Virus record (IMG/VR): IMGVR_UViG_3300044695_001206
Location: 3,411 to 67,410 of that record
Direction: 5' to 3' (one strand)
Length of the DNA stretch: 64,000 nucleotides
DNA from: a virus
Shown: piece after piece, positions 18,642 to 26,662 of the stretch
How the letters are laid out: each line of letters begins with the position of its first letter
How positions within the stretch are numbered: the stretch's first letter is position 1
Position numbers and translations under genes: made by a program
Notes under the pieces: model-generated
Databases searched by the model: none
Told to the model about the DNA's origin: nothing
What the model saw: the letters and a program-made list of their open reading frames with translations, nothing else

Positions 18642-19202
18642 TCAGAGTTTTATCAATCTAAACGAATCATTCTTATTTGCCCAAGCAAGCGACCAAGCAG
18701 GAAGTCTTGCCATTATTAGTAATGCAACCTCTGTTCCCGGTACTACTGCTAGGATTTCGCAAACAACAGCTGAATACATAGCAGCGTTTGGGAATAACTT
18801 TAAATTGTTATCAGCCAACCATTGTGTAATCTCTGTAATACGAGCATCGTGCTGTGGGTAAAACTCTTTAATATGTGCTGCTACTTTTTCCCACTTAGGA
18901 TCAATAGAATCTTTATAAAAGGAATTACCAAAACCGGGAATAAACATTTTAGCTAAAACTGCAGTATCAATAAACTCTTTAGTCCATGTTAGATACACCG
19001 TTCTAGCTTCACTAATAGGAGCATGATGACCACCAAGTGTCATAATAGCTGCAGCTAATCCATTCTCAAGACGGCCTGTTGTTAGTCCTGCATTTAGCAG
19101 GGAATGCAAACTTGCATTTTCGTTTTGAATAGCGGACTCTTCATGCGCTTCTATAAATAAAGAGTATAAGAGTGGGTCATAGTTATTTATCAAACTCAAC
19201 AT
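18642..19202 (-). CDS. Citrate synthase / citryl-CoA lyase-fold protein with degenerate active site
   Basis: AAAIMTLGGHHAP, IPGFGNSFYKD..DPK, LFPNAA, MARLPAW align with G..HGG, IPGFGH..YK..DPR, PNVD and AR..GW. Confidence 0.75.
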   Translation of the reverse strand: MLSLINNYDPLLYSLFIEAHEESAIQNENASLHSLLNAGLTTGRLENGLAAAIMTLGGHHAPISEARTVYLTWTKEFIDTAVLAKMFIPGFGNSFYKDSIDPKWEKVAAHIKEFYPQHDARITEITQWLADNNLKLFPNAAMYSAVVCEILAVVPGTEVALLIMARLPAWSLAWANKNDSFRLIKL

Positions 19203-19858
19203 TAAAGACTCATCATTTCAATGTAGGGTTTACCATCAACAACAACACCACAACTAATCACTGGTTTCTTAATATGGTCTTCGCCATACTTCATAGCAAG
19301 GTGCTTGCGGTCAACACCGCAGCCAACATTCATTCCGAAGAGGGAATGCATTGGGCTAACTTGCCAGTTAATTCCGGCGCAAGAGTGGTGATGACCAGCA
19401 ACCACAGAAAGACCCATACCTTTAGCAGTGTTGAAAGCAGGATACAAGCCGCCACCCCCAACACCATGATAGTAAAACACATTATCAATAGTGTAGTTCT
19501 TAACCCATTGCCAACTTGTGTTATAAATTTCATTGAAGCTCTTAATATAAAAGTCGGGAATACCAGCATCTCCTGCAAGTCGGCGCACTCTATCATCGTG
19601 ATTGCCTATAGTGACAATCATGTTCTTGAAAGCAGTCTTCCATTCTTTGATGCACTCCATTGCTTGCTTATACTCAGACACAGCACCGGGATGATCCGGG
19701 TGCTTAGTGTGGAATGAGATGCAATGGTGGTCGATCACATCCCCGATATGAACAACCTTGTCACACTTGTATTCTTTCTTGACATCCTTCACAAACTGAA
19801 GGTAGCCATCTAGAACTGCGGGGAAGTGTGTATCCCCAATAACTAAAACTCTACTCAC
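19202..19858 (-). CDS. Calcineurin-like metallophosphoesterase
   Basis: GDTH, IGDVID, GNHD, HG, GHHHS motifs. Confidence 0.92.
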   Translation of the reverse strand: MSRVLVIGDTHFPAVLDGYLQFVKDVKKEYKCDKVVHIGDVIDHHCISFHTKHPDHPGAVSEYKQAMECIKEWKTAFKNMIVTIGNHDDRVRRLAGDAGIPDFYIKSFNEIYNTSWQWVKNYTIDNVFYYHGVGGGGLYPAFNTAKGMGLSVVAGHHHSCAGINWQVSPMHSLFGMNVGCGVDRKHLAMKYGEDHIKKPVISCGVVVDGKPYIEMMSL

Positions 19859-20058
19859 TTATGCTTCCTTCGTTTGTAGTCTTCTTTCCATTGCTGAGCA
19901 AGCGGAGGAAGACCATTGATTGGGGAATAGACATCAATCTTTCCATCAAAGTGATCCTTCTGTAGTTGATTCCAACTATCATAAAGATCACCCCAACGCC
20001 AACTCTTTCCATTAAGAATTTTATTCGGTTTCCAAATCGTCTTCACTGTCACCTCCAA
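19855..20058 (-). CDS. Hypothetical protein
   Basis: 67 aa ORF overlapping its neighbours; exact start uncertain. Confidence 0.45.
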   Translation of the reverse strand: MEVTVKTIWKPNKILNGKSWRWGDLYDSWNQLQKDHFDGKIDVYSPINGLPPLAQQWKEDYKRRKHK

Positions 20059-20272
20059 TAAAGATATTAATGTTCATGTTAGGCTGCGGTGGTATGTTCT
20101 TAAGTGAGAACTCCGTATATGCAGCATTTAAAAAGATATCGCTGAATGCTTCAGTTGCAAACCATAGCGACAATTTCTTACGCTTTTTCTTTGACATAGC
20201 TAAAGCAGTAAACAATTTAACAGCTTCTTCCATGTCTCCTTCACTTGTTATTCTATATACTTTATTTTTCAT
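20021..20272 (-). CDS. Hypothetical protein
   Basis: ATGA coupling to the RNAP stop. Confidence 0.6.
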   Translation of the reverse strand: MKNKVYRITSEGDMEEAVKLFTALAMSKKKRKKLSLWFATEAFSDIFLNAAYTEFSLKNIPPQPNMNINIFIGGDSEDDLETE

Positions 20273-22740
20273 TGGAAGAAATACTTTGCTTCAAGAACAT
20301 TATCAATATCAAACACGCCAACTTCAGGAGTCTCAGGCAACTCAATACCAATGTTCTTCATAAGTTCTTCTCGCATATCAGCCAGCAAATTAGTACTGTG
20401 CATCTTATGAAACTCTTCGTTAGTGAAGGCTCTCATAAGATTTACATCTGGAGCAGGGCAACCATACGAGTCGTGAATCATACTGAACTGAGAGATACCT
20501 GAATCAATCATTCGCGTGATGGTAGACCACATATGACTTGCATCCAACGAGTGTATGTAATTTGGAGAGATAGCCAGATTAACTGAGCTTCCATCTATTG
20601 TTTCCTTATCTGGAGCACCGAAATGTAGCTCCTTCATGTCGAACAGTTTGGCTACTGATCGTCTAGTTAGTATCTCATAGTACTGGTGGACAACCTTAAA
20701 GCCACACGGCGTAGTCCACTCAACATTCTTACCTACTTCAGAGAACATATCAGCAACAACCTTGAGCCATGCCTTGCCCTTGTTAGGCTCAATCAATGTA
20801 CCCTTAAGGGCTTGGTCAATAAAGGTAGCAAGTTCCATAACTGCGCCAGCAATCTGGTCTTTACTTACCCAATCAAGATGTCCTTCAGTCTTACAGTATC
20901 TGCGAATACCGTAGAATGTAACACCATACGGATCAGTCATCACTGCTCTCTTAACTACTGAGCGATCAATGTCCCCTTCCCAATACTCAAGAAACTTGGT
21001 AGCCCACCGCCCCTTGTTGCTGTCTTCATCTTTGATAAGAACCATATTCTCAGTCATGCTATCCGCAACAAACTGATATAGATCCTGTGGTTGTTCCGTC
21101 TTGATTAGGTTAACCTTCTTGGCTAGGGCAGGGTCACGCATAAGCGCAGCCCAATGCTGTACACCATTACATGAACCATCCATCTGTACAGCAACCTGAG
21201 TCATACCATCAGTACGACAAAGATCAAACACAGCAGCAAGTCTCTGGAATGAAGGATTCTTTTTCTTTTTGTCAGATACCCATAGCTTGCGAGTTGCATA
21301 AGGATCATCATTGATCCGTCTGAACATATCCATATTGTCCTGAACCCACTTGGCTCGTTGATCGAAAGGAACTTTGTCCTGATCAAAGAGATTAGCAACA
21401 TGAACTTGTAACCAATACTTACCAGTTGGTGTCTGCTTTCGTGGTTCAGCAAACATGATAAGACCACGATCAAAGTCAGACGCTTGTGGAGACAACAGAT
21501 CACATGCAGAATTAGCACGACCACGGAAGTCACAAGTAAAGATATGATAGAAGAACTTCTGTGGAATTAAATACTTGGCAAGCTGTAACCTGACAAGCAT
21601 ACGACCACGCAACTGCTCTTCTTTATACCAACTACTATAAGCTTCTTCCTTTTGAGCGCACCATTTTGCTTGCTCTTCCTTAGTACCATTAGCTGGATAA
21701 GGTTCAGCAAAGTCAAACGCTGAGAAGTCATACGCAGGGAGATTAGCTTCCCGTGTATTGTTCTTAAACAAAGTTTCCATTACCTCAAGAACTCTAGTAT
21801 TAATAGTCCACTCGGTATGCATCATTGCATTAAGACCATCAATTACAGTCTGCGATGGAGTACTACTTTGCTGATGTACTTTCTCATCCCACAAAACATC
21901 CTTGAACTTTTGAACCACAGGCTTACGAACATACTGGAGAAGATTACCTCCACTGCTGGTAAGCGTATGAGCAACAGGAGGAACAATCATAGGTCGGTAC
22001 AGTAGGGCTGCTTTAGCAATAACATCTTGATGTCGCTTATGCAACTCACTAAGAATGTCATCGGTAAAGGTAACAACTACTCGTTCAGTCCAACGCTTTC
22101 CTGTATGCTTACGAATGTTCTTTAGCTGAATGATCTCAGACATCTCAGCAATACGCAACATGTGATGTCCAAAGTCTTCTCGTTGTTTCCTGTTGAAGTT
22201 CTTCTTGTTTAGCGTACCCATCTTGTAAGCAAATGCTTTGCATCGCTTAGCCGTCCACTTCTTTTGATAATGAGATTGCTTAAGCCAATCTTCTCGGAAC
22301 TGTTTCTTAGCTTGCTGATAAGCAACAATCTCAATCACCATCTCAGATATTACATGAGCAATATGTTGAGCAGTAGGAAGTGGAAACAGATCTCCTTCAT
22401 ACTTACGCTCCCAGAAAGATGAGTTGAACCACTCAAGAATCAAAGATCTAACTGTAATGTCAGCCATCTTTGCTGCACCTACTGCAAACAAAGGTGTTGC
22501 CCAATCAGGAGTCTTACGATTCTGAGAGATAGTATCAATCCACTGCTGATAGAATGGCGTTAGATGAATAACACAAGCATCAATTAGTGTCTGCTCTGGA
22601 ATACCTTCATCGGGGTTAGCATTGTATGCGTCCCAATATTTGTTTTCCGATAGAGCAAGCATCTCTTCTTCAGAAACTATCTGGAGTGTTGTCCTCTTAT
22701 CCTGCTCAGTCTTCGTCATCCGATTCCATAGTATCGTCAA
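20269..22740 (-). CDS. Single-subunit DNA-dependent RNA polymerase (T7-like)
   Basis: PMIVPP, DFRGR, motif A DGSCNGVQH, motif B RSVVKRAVMT.PYG, PNYIHSLDASH, motif C IHDSYG. Confidence 0.97.
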   Translation of the reverse strand: MTILWNRMTKTEQDKRTTLQIVSEEEMLALSENKYWDAYNANPDEGIPEQTLIDACVIHLTPFYQQWIDTISQNRKTPDWATPLFAVGAAKMADITVRSLILEWFNSSFWERKYEGDLFPLPTAQHIAHVISEMVIEIVAYQQAKKQFREDWLKQSHYQKKWTAKRCKAFAYKMGTLNKKNFNRKQREDFGHHMLRIAEMSEIIQLKNIRKHTGKRWTERVVVTFTDDILSELHKRHQDVIAKAALLYRPMIVPPVAHTLTSSGGNLLQYVRKPVVQKFKDVLWDEKVHQQSSTPSQTVIDGLNAMMHTEWTINTRVLEVMETLFKNNTREANLPAYDFSAFDFAEPYPANGTKEEQAKWCAQKEEAYSSWYKEEQLRGRMLVRLQLAKYLIPQKFFYHIFTCDFRGRANSACDLLSPQASDFDRGLIMFAEPRKQTPTGKYWLQVHVANLFDQDKVPFDQRAKWVQDNMDMFRRINDDPYATRKLWVSDKKKKNPSFQRLAAVFDLCRTDGMTQVAVQMDGSCNGVQHWAALMRDPALAKKVNLIKTEQPQDLYQFVADSMTENMVLIKDEDSNKGRWATKFLEYWEGDIDRSVVKRAVMTDPYGVTFYGIRRYCKTEGHLDWVSKDQIAGAVMELATFIDQALKGTLIEPNKGKAWLKVVADMFSEVGKNVEWTTPCGFKVVHQYYEILTRRSVAKLFDMKELHFGAPDKETIDGSSVNLAISPNYIHSLDASHMWSTITRMIDSGISQFSMIHDSYGCPAPDVNLMRAFTNEEFHKMHSTNLLADMREELMKNIGIELPETPEVGVFDIDNVLEAKYFFQ

Positions 22741-22909
22741 GCATAACCTCCCCTTTTTGCTGTGCGTCTACATATTTCTGACATGAAGGACAAAGCATTT
22801 CATATGGATCTCTTGATCTCAAACAATCACACACATATCCGTGATCTTCAGAATAACCATACGCATTACGATGAATCCTGCGACCATCTTCATCATAATC
22901 ATACCACAT
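22706..22909 (-). CDS. Small Cys-rich hypothetical protein
   Basis: CDC...CPSC motif; SD AAGGAG. Confidence 0.55.
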   Translation of the reverse strand: MWYDYDEDGRRIHRNAYGYSEDHGYVCDCLRSRDPYEMLCPSCQKYVDAQQKGEVMLDDTMESDDED

Positions 22910-22919
22910 ATGTTTCTCC

Positions 22920-23900
22920 TTAAGCGAAAGTAAGAGCGTACTTCATCACATCAATAGTAGCATCCTGATTCTTACCAAGCAAGTTATTATAAGCAGCCGA
23001 CTCAAAGGTAGGCTTCTTACCACGGGCAGGAATACGATGCTGCAATTCCTTAGTCACAGCATTAGCAACAAGCCACATATTGGCAGTACTATTAAGAGAC
23101 TGCCGCTCACTATCAAAGGTATCAGACCACTTAGCAATAGTGGTAGTAGCCTTGAGGTAGTTGGTATACTCACTCTCAGTTTGAGGATTAGTAACAATAG
23201 GAGTCTCAAGCATACCCCAGACATCCATCCAGAACTTCTGAATGTCAGCCTTGGTAAGTTCCTTACGGACAAGAGTAGACACCTTCTCTTCAAACAACTT
23301 ACCAGTCTGCTGATAGAACTTAAGAGCATCAGCCATAGCTTGCTGCTTCTTCTTGATATCACCAGTATGAGTAATGCGGAAAGCCTTCTTATAACCAGAT
23401 GCCATAGCCATACTCAAAGTATTCTGACAAACAATGCGAATACTAGTAGGCATAACAGATTGAGCAAGAGTACCATCATGGCTGTTAATAAAAGCCATGT
23501 ACTTTTCAATAGGATCGTTGCTGCTAGCACCATCCATAGTTCCTGTATTACAGAGAACAACAAGACGGCGACCACCATTCATTGACAGAGCAGATTCAAC
23601 CTTGATGTCAGCACCAAGATTGTATGCCATATCAAACACCTCACTATTCTGAATCACCTGATAATCAGGAGACTGGATAGAAAGAATAGTGTTGTTGTCA
23701 TCACGAATAATCGCGTTGTAATCATCAGACTGAGCATCGCCAGCATACACAGAACTAGTCTTAGAAACAGTCCAGTTAAGACCAGAAATTTCCATAGCAT
23801 CGGTGGGACTCATATCATTCTGAATAACAATACCAAGTCCGTGCCAAGCAGCCTTCTTGTTAAAGACCGCGCCATCAGTTTCCGTAATATTGTGAGCCAT
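22920..23900 (-). CDS. DUF932 family phage/plasmid protein
   Basis: MAH...WHGLG, GLNW.V, YQVIQN, NSHDGT, RIVCQNTL, ITHTG motifs. Confidence 0.9.
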   Translation of the reverse strand: MAHNITETDGAVFNKKAAWHGLGIVIQNDMSPTDAMEISGLNWTVSKTSSVYAGDAQSDDYNAIIRDDNNTILSIQSPDYQVIQNSEVFDMAYNLGADIKVESALSMNGGRRLVVLCNTGTMDGASSNDPIEKYMAFINSHDGTLAQSVMPTSIRIVCQNTLSMAMASGYKKAFRITHTGDIKKKQQAMADALKFYQQTGKLFEEKVSTLVRKELTKADIQKFWMDVWGMLETPIVTNPQTESEYTNYLKATTTIAKWSDTFDSERQSLNSTANMWLVANAVTKELQHRIPARGKKPTFESAAYNNLLGKNQDATIDVMKYALTFA

Positions 23901-23993
23901 TAGTTTCCTTAATAGGGTTACTCTTCGTTTTCATAGCGACCATGACGATCATTGTCGCGCACTTTACTTCGTCTATATGGATCAAGCTTTGGC

Positions 23994-24302
23994 TTAATCC
24001 GCTCCACTTCTTTGTGCTTCTGCTTCTCTTCCAGCCGCTTCTTTCTTTTCTCTCTGTCTTCGCTCATAAGTACTAGTTGCTTCCCAAATAATAAGTGCAA
24101 GTTGCTTCAGATCATCATAAGTAATTCGCTGCGTAGTTGCAGTAATACCATTATAATCATTCTTAATCAGATTAAAAGTAAAAGCATCCTTTTGATTAAG
24201 AGAACTACTCGAAAAATCAGTATAAGTAATATCCATGATAGAGATAATACTATAATTATCTGGGCGTTCTCCAACAGTTTTTGTATACGAGTTATTAATC
24301 AC
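23994..24302 (-). CDS. Hypothetical protein
   Basis: GTGA coupling with the upstream gene. Confidence 0.5.
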   Translation of the reverse strand: MINNSYTKTVGERPDNYSIISIMDITYTDFSSSSLNQKDAFTFNLIKNDYNGITATTQRITYDDLKQLALIIWEATSTYERRQREKKEAAGREAEAQRSGAD

Positions 24303-24589
24303 TTGTACCTTTCAGAATCTAGTGGATTGACAAACATAATCTTAGTAATGCAACCAATAGGAATGCAGTTAACATCAGAAACAATAGTCTTAGCATCATC
24401 CCATGTTGCAACGATAGTAATATACTCTTCAGTCATCTCAAGAACACGACCAATTGATATGCAAGAGTGTGGGCGCATATCCATAATATCATTGCGCTCC
24501 ATCCATGAGTCAGAATATCCTGCAATATCTTCCCAATAAATATAGACATCGTGGTCTATAAATTTCTCAAGCATTTCATCGTACTTCAT
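24299..24589 (-). CDS. Conserved phage hypothetical (W.D....SW...C.SIG...IP..CI..I family)
   Basis: Recognisable motif pattern. Confidence 0.65.
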   Translation of the reverse strand: MKYDEMLEKFIDHDVYIYWEDIAGYSDSWMERNDIMDMRPHSCISIGRVLEMTEEYITIVATWDDAKTIVSDVNCIPIGCITKIMFVNPLDSERYK

Positions 24590-24934
24590 TTACCACCATC
24601 CGATAACTGTTCCATTATTTTCCTTTACGATTGTAAACCACATTAGTAGAGCAGCAATCTCATCATAACTAAAGCCATCATAGTCAGTCTTTTTAGATTG
24701 ATTGTTATTGATATCCATCAGGTACACTTGAAGTTTAGTAATGATACGCTGAAGTTCATTTGGTTTAAGTTTGTCTTGATAAAGATTGACATCACAAATC
24801 TCATCAATTAGACTGGCATATGCCTTACCGCGAATGCTAGACTTACCATCAGTAAACATACTACCGCACAACAGAGGGGGGATATGTTCAAACTTCTTAG
24901 GATCAACACCATGCGCAAACAAATCAAGTCCCAT
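24590..24934 (-). CDS. Hypothetical protein (MGLD... start, ...GWW end)
   Basis: SD AAAGGA; MGLD start pattern common in phage early proteins. Confidence 0.65.
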   Translation of the reverse strand: MGLDLFAHGVDPKKFEHIPPLLCGSMFTDGKSSIRGKAYASLIDEICDVNLYQDKLKPNELQRIITKLQVYLMDINNNQSKKTDYDGFSYDEIAALLMWFTIVKENNGTVIGWW

Positions 24935-24953
24935 TATAATCCTTTCTATGTAA

Positions 24954-25026
24954 TGGGTCGGGAGAGACTTGAACTCTCAACCAATTGATTAAAAGTCAAC
25001 TGCTCTACCTATTGAGCTACCAACCC
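24954..25026 (-). tRNA. tRNA-Lys (UUU)
   Basis: Cloverleaf GGGTTGG..CCGACCC-A, anticodon loop CTTTTAA, T-loop TTCAAGT; CCA not encoded. Confidence 0.93.
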
Positions 25027-25030
25027 GAAA

Positions 25031-25103
25031 TAGCACTGGTGGGAGTCGAACCCACACTTTGTCGATTTTGAGTCGATTGTCTCTGCCTTTGGACTACAGT
25101 GCC
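25031..25103 (-). tRNA. tRNA-Leu (CAA), short variable arm
   Basis: GGCACTG..CAGTGCT-A, anticodon loop CTCAAAA, T-loop TTCGACT; 73 nt. Confidence 0.85.
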
Positions 25104-25187
25104 ATAAAGATTCTATGTACCTTGGCGGGTTCAAAGTCCGCTGTATACATAGAACCCGTAAGAAAAATGTCATACTATTTCTTACAA

Positions 25188-25261
25188 CATCCCTGACAGG
25201 GATTGAACCTGTAGCCTATGACTTAGAAGGTCATTGCTCTATCCAATTGAGCTACAGGGAT
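25188..25261 (-). tRNA. tRNA-Arg (UCU)
   Basis: ATCCCTG..CAGGGAT-G, anticodon arm ATGAC-CTTCTAA-GTCAT, T-loop TTCAATC. Confidence 0.93.
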
Positions 25262-25266
25262 AAACA

Positions 25267-25342
25267 TGGAAGGGGCGGGAATTGCACCCACATATTCACG
25301 CTTATAAGGCATGCGCTCTATCTACTTTTCAGCCACCCTTCC
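25267..25342 (-). tRNA. tRNA-Ile (UAU)
   Basis: GGAAGGG..CCCTTCC-A, anticodon arm CATGC-CTTATAA-GCGTG, variant T-loop TGCAATT. Confidence 0.8.
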
Positions 25343-25348
25343 TAATAA

Positions 25349-25591
25349 TTACTTAAACAAGTGGCAAGTACCCATCTTACGGCAGTTATCCTTGAGAATA
25401 TTGTAAGCAATCTTTGCTTCAGAACTAGTCTTAAGGAAAGCAATCTCATCCTTCTGCTTATCAAGATTAGACTTTAGAATATTAATCTGTTCTTGCAAAA
25501 AGTCAATACGATTTTGATTCTTAAGATTATAGATAAACAGATAAGTCATAGGAGCAAAGATAGCAAGTGCTCCAATAAGTCCATAGATCAT
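25349..25591 (-). CDS. Small membrane-anchored coiled-coil protein
   Basis: N-terminal hydrophobic helix; SD AAAGGA. Confidence 0.6.
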   Translation of the reverse strand: MIYGLIGALAIFAPMTYLFIYNLKNQNRIDFLQEQINILKSNLDKQKDEIAFLKTSSEAKIAYNILKDNCRKMGTCHLFK

Positions 25592-25604
25592 TTAAAATCC
25601 TTTC

Positions 25605-25844
25605 TTAGTCTTCATCATCTTCTTCGTGAGGCAACTCTTCCCACTCATCATCATCATCACTACCAAGAATGTCTTCAGTAAGCCACTCATCAGGAACCAA
25701 GTCCATGAAGTACTCACCAATAGACTCTTCCATACAATTTATCCACTCAATTAGATCCTTGTTAGGAATCTTGGTGTAATCAATACGATGGGCATTCAAC
25801 CAATCCATCCAATAATTCAGAGTATTATCCTGATTAGATTCCAT
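25605..25844 (-). CDS. Highly acidic small early protein
   Basis: D/E-rich C-terminus; TAATG coupling. Confidence 0.65.
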   Translation of the reverse strand: MESNQDNTLNYWMDWLNAHRIDYTKIPNKDLIEWINCMEESIGEYFMDLVPDEWLTEDILGSDDDDEWEELPHEEDDED

Positions 25845-26092
25845 TAGTCAACCTCAACCCGAAGAGAAATACTGCTGACATGATCAGCAACAATTTCAGT
25901 AAGCTTATCCTTGATAATATCATCGAGTGTATACATAAAGTCCTGACTCTCAAGATAATCCTGAACACAGCGTTCTAACTTATTGTGAATACTTGTCTCA
26001 ATATTCTTGATAAGTTCAGCAGCAATAGCATCACTAAGAGCAGACAATGATTCCGACAAAACAGATTTAGTAGTAGTCATAGTAGTTTCCAT
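25844..26092 (-). CDS. Hypothetical early protein
   Basis: 82 aa ORF in an operon. Confidence 0.6.
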   Translation of the reverse strand: METTMTTTKSVLSESLSALSDAIAAELIKNIETSIHNKLERCVQDYLESQDFMYTLDDIIKDKLTEIVADHVSSISLRVEVD

Positions 26093-26110
26093 TAGTAGTA
26101 ACTTTCAAGT

Positions 26111-26344
26111 TTAATCACTCTCTTCATCTGGCTCCCCTCCAAAGGGATCACAGTTATAGATGGCATAGTCAATTACATAATTGACAAGAGAACTGTAATC
26201 AATACTATCATTATCATAATCAATGACATCAACATTACAGATTGTCCAGTTACTATGGTTATCCATAGTCCACATAACCTCAAACTCTACATCAACTTCA
26301 CCATAGTTAGTATCAATTTTTTTATTGTGTTTATTGATTCTCAT
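26111..26344 (-). CDS. Acidic hypothetical early protein
   Basis: SD GGGAG directly downstream of a promoter motif. Confidence 0.65.
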   Translation of the reverse strand: MRINKHNKKIDTNYGEVDVEFEVMWTMDNHSNWTICNVDVIDYDNDSIDYSSLVNYVIDYAIYNCDPFGGEPDEESD

Positions 26345-26368
26345 TTAGGGTCTCCCTGTAGTACTGTA

Positions 26369-26389
26369 TCAGTAGCCCCAACCATTCGG
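26369..26389 (-). promoter_or_regulatory. Putative phage RNAP promoter CCGAATGGTTGGGGCTACTGA
   Basis: Copy of the motif upstream of the tRNA/RNAP block. Confidence 0.78.
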
Positions 26390-26419
26390 CATAGGGCGGA
26401 AAGTGCGACATCGGGAGTT

Positions 26420-26662
26420 TCACCCACCGTTTTCACCGCCCATACAGGGCGGTCGTATGACATTATTGAAACCACATGCACCATATTTTCGTGCATTTGA
26501 ATAGCCTTCACTTGAATCTGTGTACCATTTACCAAAGAGATTTGCATCTCCTTGATCTCTGAACCCAGAGATTTGCTGACCATCGACATACACTGCATAC
26601 CACACTCCATCATAGTCATATTCTTTCTGTATATTATACAGCATTCCAACGATTCCTTTCAT
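26420..26662 (-). CDS. Hypothetical early protein
   Basis: ORF overlapping the kinase stop; start uncertain. Confidence 0.45.
   Translation of the reverse strand: MKGIVGMLYNIQKEYDYDGVWYAVYVDGQQISGFRDQGDANLFGKWYTDSSEGYSNARKYGACGFNNVIRPPCMGGENGG

Noticed and set aside
6649-22740. Introns, inteins or homing endonucleases in RNR, PolA, helicase or RNAP
   Set aside because: All are uninterrupted and of normal or compact length; no HNH, GIY-YIG or LAGLIDADG motifs were seen.
24954-25026. Ochre suppressor tRNA or stop-codon recoding
   Set aside because: The correct 7-nt loop CTTTTAA gives UUU (Lys), and genes are intact under the standard code.
24954-25342. tRNA as prophage attachment site or host-derived flank
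   Set aside because: No integrase, repressor or host genes were seen; the tRNAs are co-oriented within the phage early/middle operon.
26400-26445. Cobalamin riboswitch, suggested by the GGGTGAAACTCCC T-loop and the B12-dependent RNR
   Set aside because: The conserved AGGGAA and GCCCCCGCAACTGT/B12-box elements are absent, and it is far from nrdJ.
26341-26649. 102-aa ORF MECCIIYRK...
   Set aside because: It overlaps 26420..26662 in another frame and spans a promoter motif and structured element; probably spurious, though not excluded.
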